Shown piece by piece: positions 19,882-29,489 of a DNA stretch of 64,000 bases; within the stretch, counting starts at the first letter, position 1, and each line of letters opens with the position of its first letter. The notes under the pieces were generated by a model. It had not been told where the DNA came from and did not search any database. It saw nothing but the letters and a program-made list of their open reading frames with translations. Made by a program: the position numbers and the translations under genes. This DNA is from Escherichia phage 310Ecol104PP, in the sequence record OR062946.1, one strand, 5' to 3'.

Positions 19882-22146
19882 TCATAATTTACAGGATGAA
19901 CAATCTTCAGCTTTTGGAGTTTCTATTTCATAATCATCAGTACCAGAACCATCGCGGGTATTATGATAATAGAAATTTTTTCCGCCAAAATACCAAAAAT
20001 ACAAAAGGTCATCAATCATTATTGACATTGGAACCTTTCCTTTTGGAAAAATCTGCGGGTCATAATATGTATTCGCTGAAGCTGATTGACATACCCATTT
20101 CAGCATAATAGCTACCTGCGTAAGATAAGGTTTATTACCTTTCTTAGCTAATTTCCACGTATAATCATAGAGGTCTATGTTATGCTCAATATTGGGCACG
20201 ACTTGATTAAAGGAACCCTCTTTTGATTCTTTAACAGAGACTGGTCCACGTGGAGGCTCGATACCGTTTGTACTGTTAGAAACTTGGGAAGATGACTCAC
20301 ATGGCATAAGTGCTGATAATGTGCTATTACGGATGCCAAAGAGCTTAAGGTCTTCCCGCAGCGACGACCAGTCACAAACGTATTTTGGAGCTGCGATTTG
20401 GTCAATCTTTTTATTGTACCAGTCGATAGGTAATTCGCCTCGAGACCAACGAGTGTCTGAATAATATTCGCAAGGTCCTTTTTCTTTGGCGAGCTTAATG
20501 GATGCTTTAATGAGTCCATACTGTAATCTCTCAAATAGTTCATGTGTTAAATCGTTAGCATCTTCATAAGAAGCAAAGTTACTTGCCAGCCAAGCTGCAT
20601 AGTTGGTAACACCTACGCCAAGGTTTCGACGCTTTTTAGCTTTTTCTGCTTCAGGAACTGGATATCCTTGGTAATCCAAAAGATTATCAAGAGCACGAAC
20701 TTGAACTTCTGCCAATTCATTAATTTTATCTTGGTCTTGCCAGTCAAAATTATCTAGTACGAATGCAGAGAGAGTACACAATCCAATTTCAGCATCAGGA
20801 CTATTCACATCATTTGTTGGAATAGCAATTTCACAGCACAAGTTGCTCTGACGAATAGGTGCCTTTTCACGAATAAACGGAGTATAGTTATTCGTATTAT
20901 CAATGAATTGTACATAAATCCTTGCTGTTCCTGAGCGTTCAGTCATGAGCAATTCAAATAGTTCACGGGCTTTAATACGCTTTTTACGAATATTAGGGTC
21001 TTTTTCTGCTGCTTCGTATAATTCACGGAAACGGTCTTGGTCTTTAAAATAAGAATAATAAAGCTCGCCACCCATTTCATGCGGACTGAACAAAGTAATG
21101 TAATCGTTCTTTCCGAATCGTTCCATCATCAAATCATTCAGCTGAACACCATAATCCATATGACGAATGCGGTTTTCTTCTACGCCTTTGTTATTTTTCA
21201 AAACGAGAAGATTTTCAACTTCCAAATGCCAAATAGGATAATAAGCAGTAGCTGCGCCGCCACGAATTCCACCCTGTGAGCATGATTTAACTGCAGTCTG
21301 AAAATGTTTCCAAAAAGGAATAACACCAGTATGACGTACTTCACCCATGCCAATCTTAGAACCTTCGGCACGAATCATACCAACGTTAATACCAATTCCA
21401 GCGCGTTTAGAGATATATTCAACAATTGAAGCAGAAGCCTTATTGATAGACTTCAGTGAATCACCTGCCTCAATAACAACACATGAACTAAACTGTCGAG
21501 TCGGAGTACGACAACCAGCCATAATAGGAGTTGGTAATGAAATCTGTCGAGTAGATACTGCTTCATAAAAACGAATAACATGTTTTAATCTATCAACAGG
21601 TTCATCTTGATGCAGTGCCATTCCAATAGCCATAAATGCAAACTGTGGAGTTTCATAAATTTGACCAGTGGTTTTATCTTTAACTAAATATTTTTCTTTT
21701 AATTGCATCGCCCCGGAATAAGTAAATTCCATATCCCGTTCGTGCTTAATTTTTGATTCTAAAAATGTAATTTCTTCTGCTGAATATTTTGACAATAATT
21801 CAGGGTCGTATTTACCTGCATTTACACAGTAAGAAATATGGTCAATAAATGAACGTGGTTCATACTGCCCATAAACATGCTTACGAAGAGCAAACATTAA
21901 ACAGCGTGCAGCTACATATTGATAATCAGGTTCTTCAACCGAAATAGAATTCGCAGCAGCCTTAATGACAATAGTCTGAATATCATCAGTTGTCATTCCA
22001 TCACGGAGATAAGATTTAATATTTTCATATAATTCATAAGGATCTACTGATGTTCCCTCAGCTGCCCAAGATAAAACTTTAATAATTTTTTGTGGGTCAA
22101 AGCTCTGAGAAACACCACTACTTTTGATAACATTAATTAATTGCAT
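19882..22146 (-). CDS. nrdA: ribonucleotide reductase large subunit
   Basis: 754 aa, same length as T4 NrdA. Confidence 0.92.
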   Translation of the reverse strand: MQLINVIKSSGVSQSFDPQKIIKVLSWAAEGTSVDPYELYENIKSYLRDGMTTDDIQTIVIKAAANSISVEEPDYQYVAARCLMFALRKHVYGQYEPRSFIDHISYCVNAGKYDPELLSKYSAEEITFLESKIKHERDMEFTYSGAMQLKEKYLVKDKTTGQIYETPQFAFMAIGMALHQDEPVDRLKHVIRFYEAVSTRQISLPTPIMAGCRTPTRQFSSCVVIEAGDSLKSINKASASIVEYISKRAGIGINVGMIRAEGSKIGMGEVRHTGVIPFWKHFQTAVKSCSQGGIRGGAATAYYPIWHLEVENLLVLKNNKGVEENRIRHMDYGVQLNDLMMERFGKNDYITLFSPHEMGGELYYSYFKDQDRFRELYEAAEKDPNIRKKRIKARELFELLMTERSGTARIYVQFIDNTNNYTPFIREKAPIRQSNLCCEIAIPTNDVNSPDAEIGLCTLSAFVLDNFDWQDQDKINELAEVQVRALDNLLDYQGYPVPEAEKAKKRRNLGVGVTNYAAWLASNFASYEDANDLTHELFERLQYGLIKASIKLAKEKGPCEYYSDTRWSRGELPIDWYNKKIDQIAAPKYVCDWSSLREDLKLFGIRNSTLSALMPCESSSQVSNSTNGIEPPRGPVSVKESKEGSFNQVVPNIEHNIDLYDYTWKLAKKGNKPYLTQVAIMLKWVCQSASANTYYDPQIFPKGKVPMSIMIDDLLYFWYFGGKNFYYHNTRDGSGTDDYEIETPKAEDCSSCKL

Positions 22147-22463
22147 AAGTCCTCAACTTGAAAATCGTCTTTAAACAATCGGTTAACTATATGAGCTATT
22201 ATATCACCATGACACGGCTTTGGTTTACATGTGCATCCTAGCCTCATTCCACGTAAAGGCTCTAAATGTGCTTTAGTTATTTCTCCGGATTTAATTCGAC
22301 GTATAAAATCTTTTTTGAATAATTCAATGGCAGCCTCCCGGCTGCCAGCATCTTTACCGACGTAATTTCCCCAAAATGTACCGCGGTGAATATTAACATC
22401 AAAGTCGGATTTGTATTTATTCACTACCCGGCATAGACGGCCCACGCTGGAATAATTCGTCAT
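22137..22463 (-). CDS. hypothetical protein, 108 aa (nrdA.1 region)
   Basis: ORF overlapping nrdA start by 10 nt. Confidence 0.5.
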   Translation of the reverse strand: MTNYSSVGRLCRVVNKYKSDFDVNIHRGTFWGNYVGKDAGSREAAIELFKKDFIRRIKSGEITKAHLEPLRGMRLGCTCKPKPCHGDIIAHIVNRLFKDDFQVEDLCN

Positions 22464-22680
22464 ATTGTTTTTCCGTTAAAACAGTAATATCGTAGTAACA
22501 GTCAGAAGAAGTTTTAACTGTGGAAATTTTATTATCAAAATACTCACGAGTCATTTTATGAGTATAATATTTTTTACCATAAATGATAATAGGCTGTTCT
22601 GGTCCTGGAACTTCTAACTCGCTTGGGTTAGGAAGTGTAAAAAGAACAACGCCAGAAGTATCTTTAAATCGTAAAATCAT
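22417..22680 (-). CDS. hypothetical protein, 87 aa (nrdA.2 region)
   Basis: ATGA overlap with td stop. Confidence 0.5.
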   Translation of the reverse strand: MILRFKDTSGVVLFTLPNPSELEVPGPEQPIIIYGKKYYTHKMTREYFDNKISTVKTSSDCYYDITVLTEKQYDELFQRGPSMPGSE

Positions 22681-23537
22681 ATTGCCATTTTCCCTTTAAT
22701 TGCTGGATGCGATTCATAATTTTCAAGGATAAAATCTTTCGGTTTCATGTATTCAGTTAACCAGTAAAGCTGTGTTTCGGTGTCACAATTTCCAAACTCT
22801 ATAGGCCAATCAATTTTAAGTTCACACAGTTCTTTAGGCTCACGACGTAAAATTTCTTTACATTGCTCAGTATGATTCATATAGATGTGAGTATTACCAC
22901 CAGAAAATATCAAATCTCCTGGGATAAGATTACACATCTTAGCCACAATATGCGCCAAGGCAGCGTACGAGGCAATGTTGAATGGCAAGCCCAAGAAAAC
23001 ATCTACACTTCTTTGGTACCATTGTAAATCAAGATAACCATTACGCACATTAAACTGATAGAACATATGACAGGGCGGTAATGCCATTTGATTGATTTCA
23101 GCTGGATTCCATGCTGAAACGATTTGACGTCGATCAGTTGGTAATTTTTTAATACGATCAATAGTTTCAACTAATTGATCCACACCACCGAAATCACGCC
23201 ATTGTTTACCGTATATAGGACCAAGTTCACCACTATGATATCCTAGGTCTTTAGCCTGGTTTTCATAGTTATCGTCCCAAATAGTTTTACCTTGAATAAG
23301 ACTACCATGTGTGCGAAGACGTAAATCATTAACATTGGTAGAACCGGAAATAAACCATAGAAGCTCAGCAATGCATGCATTCCAGGCGAACTTCTTAGTT
23401 GTTACTGCAGGAAAACCTTTAGTTAAATCCCAGCGTAATTTAGTACCGAACAAAGCAATTGTTCCTGTGCCTGTTCGGTCATCGGTTTCATAGCCATTTT
23501 CAAAAATGTCTTTAATTAAATCTTGGTATTGTTTCAT
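22677..23537 (-). CDS. td: thymidylate synthase (uninterrupted)
   Basis: 286 aa continuous ORF equal in length to mature T4 Td; no intron. Confidence 0.92.
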   Translation of the reverse strand: MKQYQDLIKDIFENGYETDDRTGTGTIALFGTKLRWDLTKGFPAVTTKKFAWNACIAELLWFISGSTNVNDLRLRTHGSLIQGKTIWDDNYENQAKDLGYHSGELGPIYGKQWRDFGGVDQLVETIDRIKKLPTDRRQIVSAWNPAEINQMALPPCHMFYQFNVRNGYLDLQWYQRSVDVFLGLPFNIASYAALAHIVAKMCNLIPGDLIFSGGNTHIYMNHTEQCKEILRREPKELCELKIDWPIEFGNCDTETQLYWLTEYMKPKDFILENYESHPAIKGKMAI

Positions 23538-23581
23538 TTAGTACCTTATATAAATTATAATACATTTTATGAAGCTAATAA

Positions 23582-23941
23582 TCAATACGGTTTAGCATCA
23601 AATTTTCTTTCGATTTCAGGAGTGAAATATAATTCTTTACCACGTTTGGAAAAACGACCAATAATATGATAATTATTCTCATCAAACGTGATATTACCAA
23701 TATCCATAGCTTTCAACCAAATATCGATATTTCTATCTAGTTTTATATCAAAATTCCAATACGGAGAACTATTACCAAAAATACTACAAGCGGATTCAGT
23801 GAAACAACTGCTATAAATCTTGTCTTTAGGAACTACTAATTGATAGACGCCTTTAATAAACTGAGGACCCTGCCATTTTGGTTGTTTCGCGTCTTTTTCT
23901 AATAGAATAGGGTAATAATTAAAATTCATATTTTCCGCCAC
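23582..23941 (-). CDS. hypothetical protein, 119 aa, between frd and td
   Basis: ORF with no recognisable motifs, occupying a junction where T4 frd and td overlap. Confidence 0.5.
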   Translation of the reverse strand: MAENMNFNYYPILLEKDAKQPKWQGPQFIKGVYQLVVPKDKIYSSCFTESACSIFGNSSPYWNFDIKLDRNIDIWLKAMDIGNITFDENNYHIIGRFSKRGKELYFTPEIERKFDAKPY

Positions 23942-23949
23942 GTGTTATT

Positions 23950-24779
<830 letters not shown>

Positions 24780-24790
24780 ATTATCTCCTA

Positions 24791-25123
24791 TTAAAAAGGA
24801 TCAGGAACATATCCACTAGCTTTAATCATTTTAACTAATGTTACCATTCCTTTGTTAACTGCTTGTGAGATTTCATCAAAAACTTCATCATTAAAAAGTT
24901 CTAGCACACCCTTCTGAACTTTTAATTTACAGCCAACAATTTCGTCATCGCCTATAGTAAATTCATTACCGCCAATTCCACCGAAAAACTTAATTACCCC
25001 AGTTAACTGTTTTCCACGAGAATATGGGTCATGTGATAAAGTAATATGAGTCACCCCAGGTACAGTTTTAAATTGACAGCGAATGTTTACTTGAGAAATT
25101 CCAGTTACATGAATGTCAGACAT
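24791..25123 (-). CDS. hypothetical protein, 110 aa
   Basis: ORF in operon context. Confidence 0.5.
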   Translation of the reverse strand: MSDIHVTGISQVNIRCQFKTVPGVTHITLSHDPYSRGKQLTGVIKFFGGIGGNEFTIGDDEIVGCKLKVQKGVLELFNDEVFDEISQAVNKGMVTLVKMIKASGYVPDPF

Positions 25124-25133
25124 AATATTTTCC

Positions 25134-25376
25134 TCAAACAGACTTTTTCACAGTTTTCCAATCAGCTTTAAACTGATCAACATCAGAATGGTAAATCCAG
25201 AATCCTGCGCTTTCTCCATCTTCATAAAGAGGACATCCATCGCATTCATCTTCCCATCCCATATCACGCAAAAGACGTTCAGCTTTTTCAACAAGTTCAG
25301 AATCTTTACCGATGATATTAAAATACCATTTACCCCTAACTTCTGAATCTTTAATGCTCTGACGTTGTAATCTCAT
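25134..25376 (-). CDS. hypothetical protein, 80 aa
   Basis: ORF downstream of early promoter. Confidence 0.5.
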   Translation of the reverse strand: MRLQRQSIKDSEVRGKWYFNIIGKDSELVEKAERLLRDMGWEDECDGCPLYEDGESAGFWIYHSDVDQFKADWKTVKKSV

Positions 25377-25401
25377 TTTATTCTCCTTAGTTGATAGGGT
25401 A

Positions 25402-25431
25402 ATAGTATCACACTACTACCCTACTGTAAAC
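25402..25431 (-). promoter_or_regulatory. T4-type early promoter (GTTTAC, 18 nt, TACTAT)
   Basis: Read on minus strand. Confidence 0.5.
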
Positions 25432-25793
25432 TACTTTTTGAAAGTTTTTCGCAAAAGTTCAATGATTTCATCTACATTGTTTTCGTCAACAATGCAGTGA
25501 ATTTTTGTTACGCCAGAAACCTTGTCTTCTATTTCATCTTCAGAAGTCGGTTCTTTATACTCACGAAAACAATGAAATTCATCTTCGCAGACGTTGAAGT
25601 AAAAATGCTTTCCATTGGCGCATTCTACGTGTTTTACTACTTTAAATCCATCAGCAAAGAAAACTTCTTTAACTTCAAACCATCCGCCATTTTCTTGAAT
25701 AGCTTTAACTATTAATGAATTAGAACGCGGGCGATAATTAATAAATGTATCAATAAGTCTTGGAACAAGTTCGTACTTTTTATCAATATACAT
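25431..25793 (-). CDS. hypothetical protein, 120 aa
   Basis: ORF in operon context. Confidence 0.5.
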   Translation of the reverse strand: MYIDKKYELVPRLIDTFINYRPRSNSLIVKAIQENGGWFEVKEVFFADGFKVVKHVECANGKHFYFNVCEDEFHCFREYKEPTSEDEIEDKVSGVTKIHCIVDENNVDEIIELLRKTFKK

Positions 25794-25813
25794 TATGTTT
25801 TCCTCATTTTAAT

Positions 25814-25831
25814 AGGGGCTTGATAGCCCCT
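25814..25831 (-). terminator. hairpin AGGGGC-(6 nt loop)-GCCCCT
   Basis: GC stem between two minus-strand ORFs. Confidence 0.35.
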
Positions 25832-25837
25832 CGATAA

Positions 25838-26068
25838 TTACTGTTCAATCAATCCCATGTAAAATTCTGCATCTTCAGCATCCATACCATCACAGTATTC
25901 ATTAGCCATAAATCGTTCAAGAACTTCTAAAGGACCTTCAATAACAATAGAAAAATTGCAATAATTGGGATCATCATGAATACTTGTGATACTAAGTTCA
26001 GGATAACGATTACGAATAATTTCTTCAATATATTCAAAATCAACGATGTCAATATCAACTTTAGCCAT
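25838..26068 (-). CDS. hypothetical acidic protein (start at internal Met with AAGAGGAAA RBS)
   Basis: ORF track gives 25838-26089; Met 8 has the better ribosome-binding site. Confidence 0.5.
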   Translation of the reverse strand: MAKVDIDIVDFEYIEEIIRNRYPELSITSIHDDPNYCNFSIVIEGPLEVLERFMANEYCDGMDAEDAEFYMGLIEQ

Positions 26069-26111
26069 ATTGTTTTCCTCTTTAATCATCAGCAGTATTG
26101 CCGATAGTTGT

Positions 26112-26141
26112 ATAGTACCATAAAGCTTTATGCTTGTAAAC
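26112..26141 (-). promoter_or_regulatory. T4-type early promoter with upstream A/T tract (GTTTAC, 18 nt, TGGTACTAT)
   Basis: Read on minus strand. Confidence 0.55.
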
Positions 26142-26174
26142 CGTTTTGTGAAAAAATTTTTTGAAATAAAAAAA

Positions 26175-26193
26175 GGGGACCTCTAGGGTCCCC
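26175..26193 (-). terminator. rho-independent terminator downstream of gene 32
   Basis: GGGGACC / GGTCCCC stem followed on minus-strand RNA by UUUUUUUAUUU. Confidence 0.7.
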
Positions 26194-26215
26194 AATTAAT
26201 TAGTAATATAATCTA

Positions 26216-27124
26216 TTAAAGGTCATTCAAAAGGTCATCCAGGTCCGTGTCATCAGCACTAGATGAACTGCCAGAGCTTGAGCTCATAAAATCATCTTCA
26301 GTTTTTGTATTGAAGTCATCAACATTGAATGCATCCAAATCATCAGCAACTTTATCAGCTTTCTTAGCAGCAGTTGCTGCGGCACCACCCATAGCAGCAG
26401 TTCCCATAACTTGACTGAACTTAGTGCTCAGTTCTTCAAACGATTTGAATTTATCTTTAGAAGTCATTTCAGAAAGGTCAACCATTTGTTCGAACAGTTC
26501 TTTCTGGAAAGATTCATCATCAATGTTTGGAATCGCAGATTGATTCAGGAATTTAGATTCGTCGTAGTTACTAAAACCAGAAACTTGTTTAACTTTCAGT
26601 ACAAAATTAGCACCTTCCCACGGACAAGTTACATCAACCGGAGTTTCACCCATTTCAACATCAACTGCAATCATTGCATTGATTTTATCCCAGATTTTCT
26701 TACCGAAACGGTATTTAAATACTTTACCTTCATTTTCTGGAGCAGCTGGGTCTTTTACTACAAGAATGTTAGCCCAGTAAGAAGTTTTACGTTTAACAAG
26801 ACCATATTCTTTATTGTCAGTGTTGTACAAATCATTTTTACTGATGTACTGACATACTGGACAAGAATCGTAATCACCGTGGGTAGATGAACAGTTTTCA
26901 ATATACCATTTACCATTTTTCTTGAAACCGTGATTTACAAGAATTGCGAATGGTGCTTGTTCATCATTTTTAGACGGAAGAAAACGAATTACTGCTTGAC
27001 CGTTACCCGCATTGTCGAGTTTCAGTTTCCACTCGCCTTTATCTTCAGAAGAAAAACCACCTTTATTTCCAGCCAGTTTAGCCATTTGTGCAGCGAGTTC
27101 AGCAGTAGATTTACGTTTAAACAT
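26216..27124 (-). CDS. 32: single-stranded DNA-binding protein gp32
   Basis: 302 aa; [17 protein letters not shown]... and acidic Ser/Asp-rich C-terminus as in T4 gp32 (301 aa). Confidence 0.93.
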   Translation of the reverse strand: MFKRKSTAELAAQMAKLAGNKGGFSSEDKGEWKLKLDNAGNGQAVIRFLPSKNDEQAPFAILVNHGFKKNGKWYIENCSSTHGDYDSCPVCQYISKNDLYNTDNKEYGLVKRKTSYWANILVVKDPAAPENEGKVFKYRFGKKIWDKINAMIAVDVEMGETPVDVTCPWEGANFVLKVKQVSGFSNYDESKFLNQSAIPNIDDESFQKELFEQMVDLSEMTSKDKFKSFEELSTKFSQVMGTAAMGGAAATAAKKADKVADDLDAFNVDDFNTKTEDDFMSSSSGSSSSADDTDLDDLLNDL

Positions 27125-27200
27125 TTTTATTTCCTTTTTAATTTAATTAACAGTTGGTGCTATGACGATGTATGACCTCATAGCTGGTCAGTGAGATAAT
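27125..27200 (-). promoter_or_regulatory. gene 32 leader with repeated UUAAA elements (translational autoregulation operator)
   Basis: Minus-strand leader reads GUUAAUUAAAUUAAAAAGGAAAUAAAAAUG, matching the unstructured A/U-rich gp32 binding region known in T4. Confidence 0.5.
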
Positions 27201-27207
27201 TATAATC

Positions 27208-27215
27208 TATTTATA
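27208..27215 (-). promoter_or_regulatory. T4 late promoter TATAAATA upstream of gene 32
   Basis: Plus-strand tatttata. Confidence 0.5.
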
Positions 27216-27223
27216 ATAAGCAA

Positions 27224-27877
27224 TTAATACTTGCAAGATTTCACAGTTTCAATGAAAACTTTTTTAGCTTCCTGTGAATCGATATTTAAAATTTTTCTAT
27301 AAGCCTTTAACTTTATAGAATAATTATTCCAGACTAAATTATCAGTCTGTTCATCATGTTTATCAATTATATTTAAAAACGAATCAAGCAAGATAAACGT
27401 CTCAAACGAAATTATATTCGATTGTAGAAGTTTAAAAATATAACTTGACTGAACCTTTGGATTATATTCAAAGATTTCTTTAAAAGCAGAAACTTCAACT
27501 TTTTTACTAAAATAATAAATGTTGCGAATATCTTCTTCAAACTTAAATTTAATTTGCTTTAAGCGTCCGATATATTCACGATAAAACACAAGTGCATCAG
27601 CGTCAGAGATGTCACCAATCCAAGCATCTTGGTTAGCAACCAAATTGCTTATAAAGATTAAAGCAAGTTCCTTTAATTTATATTTTTCTGATAACTTCTG
27701 GAAAAAATACTTATCCCTTCGCTTTTGATAAGCGGCATCAGACACCCGCATGCACCAATTATACTTAATAACATCATACTTTCCATTCATATGTTGTTTT
27801 ATCATTAAGTATAATTTATAAACTGATTTACCATCAATATATCTTTCACCACCAGCAGGCATGCGGAGTTTAATCAT
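27224..27877 (-). CDS. 59: helicase loader gp59
   Basis: 217 aa, same length and position as T4 gp59. Confidence 0.8.
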   Translation of the reverse strand: MIKLRMPAGGERYIDGKSVYKLYLMIKQHMNGKYDVIKYNWCMRVSDAAYQKRRDKYFFQKLSEKYKLKELALIFISNLVANQDAWIGDISDADALVFYREYIGRLKQIKFKFEEDIRNIYYFSKKVEVSAFKEIFEYNPKVQSSYIFKLLQSNIISFETFILLDSFLNIIDKHDEQTDNLVWNNYSIKLKAYRKILNIDSQEAKKVFIETVKSCKY

Positions 27878-28212
27878 AGCAGAAAATCTAATGTATTAGT
27901 TTTTTCACAACGAACAACAGAAGGACGTAAAAGATTTTCGTCAATAGCTTCTGACTGAATTTTTTCAATTATACCCGAAGGAATAAATTTAGCAAATTGA
28001 GTTTCAGGAATAGAGTTTTCTTCCAAGAATGCTGTTGTAGCTTCAAGATAACTCATTCCAAACTCTTCTACCATTTTTTCAATAATAAATCCATTTTCTT
28101 GACGATCAAGAAGCTTTGCTATTTCATCCTTTTCTTTCTTAATTGAAAGTTCTTTTTCTGAAAGACCGGTCTCATCGACCGGACGAATATCATTTAGAGA
28201 AAACTGTGTCAT
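27874..28212 (-). CDS. 33: late transcription co-activator gp33
   Basis: Start at internal Met (MTQFSLNDIRP...) giving 112 aa as in T4 gp33. Confidence 0.75.
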   Translation of the reverse strand: MTQFSLNDIRPVDETGLSEKELSIKKEKDEIAKLLDRQENGFIIEKMVEEFGMSYLEATTAFLEENSIPETQFAKFIPSGIIEKIQSEAIDENLLRPSVVRCEKTNTLDFLL

Positions 28213-28459
28213 AAAGTTCAACTACCTCTTCAGTTTCAGCTTCAAACACATCACGGTTATCTTTATGATACAAAGCTAATAGACGATTAAACATCTTACC
28301 ATCAACGCCAAGTTCATCTTTAGCACGAATTCGAATATCTTTAATCAGTTCATTATAACCGGAAATTTTCAGTTTATGATCAGATGCTTCTTTAATAAAT
28401 TTAGCCAAGTCTTCGCCATGGATAGCTTCATCAAATTCAACCATTTCTTTTTTAGCCAT
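28190..28459 (-). CDS. dsbA: double-stranded DNA-binding protein DsbA
   Basis: 89 aa ORF at T4 dsbA position between rnh and gene 33. Confidence 0.7.
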   Translation of the reverse strand: MAKKEMVEFDEAIHGEDLAKFIKEASDHKLKISGYNELIKDIRIRAKDELGVDGKMFNRLLALYHKDNRDVFEAETEEVVELYDTVFSK

Positions 28460-28467
28460 TATTCACC

Positions 28468-29385
28468 TCAAAATTCATTAATGCTATTAGTTAATTTAGA
28501 AAGACCCGCTTTTACAAAATATGAATAAATTTTGCCACGCGGTGGTAATTTATATGAATTATAGTAATTCACAATGTTTGAAGCAATATTATCAGGAATA
28601 TAATCAAAATCAATTAGAACTAAATTTTCTTTATAACGATTATATTCAGATTCTGTGAGAAGCACCTTAGCTTGCTCACGGTCATTAGCAATAGCTTCAA
28701 CGATTGAAGTTTTCATTGAAGGAGTTCGTTCACCTTCAACTCTGGTAAACCAAAAGTCAGATCGTACTTTAACTGAAGCAACGTTATCCTTTTTGTCGCC
28801 TTTAAGGATTTTAGTCATACAGTCAATTTCAGCAGAACCGCTTTTAATTTTAACCCATTTCTTGTGCATCGGTGACCATTGCTTAACATTTGGATATTTG
28901 TGAAGCTGTGTAAAGTCACCATCCGATGAAATGATTAAAATCTTGTGTCCTTCTAAAGAGAACTTTTTAACAAGAACAGCAATGTGGTCATCCGCTTCAT
29001 ACTTATCAATATCCATAACAATGTATGGCATATAAGATTTCAATTCATCTATAACTTTATGGCTGGATTCAAAATAACCTTCCCAGTCCCAAGTAGATTC
29101 TTCTCGTGCTTTTCCACGGTTTTTCTTATAATAATAAGCGAAATCACGACGCCAGTATCCAGATTTCGCGTTATCAATACACAGTACAATTTTAGTGTAT
29201 CCAAGCGTTTTTGCTTTTTTGACATTAAACTTAATTGAGTTCAATATCAAATGACGAACCATTGATAAATTAATTTTTTCTTTATCTGGGAAGTTTACCA
29301 AAGCAGTTGAAAGCGCAATTTGACTAAAGTCAATTAAGCAGATTCCTTCTTTGTAATCTTCATCCAGCATCATTTCTAAATCCAT
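28468..29385 (-). CDS. rnh: RNase H (5'-3' flap endonuclease)
   Basis: Start at internal Met (MDLEMMLDEDYKEG...) giving 305 aa as in T4 RNase H. Confidence 0.88.
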   Translation of the reverse strand: MDLEMMLDEDYKEGICLIDFSQIALSTALVNFPDKEKINLSMVRHLILNSIKFNVKKAKTLGYTKIVLCIDNAKSGYWRRDFAYYYKKNRGKAREESTWDWEGYFESSHKVIDELKSYMPYIVMDIDKYEADDHIAVLVKKFSLEGHKILIISSDGDFTQLHKYPNVKQWSPMHKKWVKIKSGSAEIDCMTKILKGDKKDNVASVKVRSDFWFTRVEGERTPSMKTSIVEAIANDREQAKVLLTESEYNRYKENLVLIDFDYIPDNIASNIVNYYNSYKLPPRGKIYSYFVKAGLSKLTNSINEF

Positions 29386-29447
29386 ATGAACCTCGTTCAA
29401 TTAGTGAGATTTCTATTATATACCATCCAAATCTTAAAGTAAACAAG

Positions 29448-29455
29448 TATAAATA
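29448..29455 (+). promoter_or_regulatory. T4 late promoter TATAAATA for gene 34
   Basis: Exact consensus about 35 nt upstream of the gene 34 ATG, with AGGAG RBS between. Confidence 0.7.
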
Positions 29456-29489
29456 CTTATTATTGAAAACACAATAGGAGCCCGGGAGA

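Noticed and set aside
26411-26890. 159 aa plus-strand ORF
   Set aside because: Lies entirely antisense to gene 32 and has low-complexity Phe/Arg-rich composition typical of reverse-frame artefacts in AT-rich DNA.
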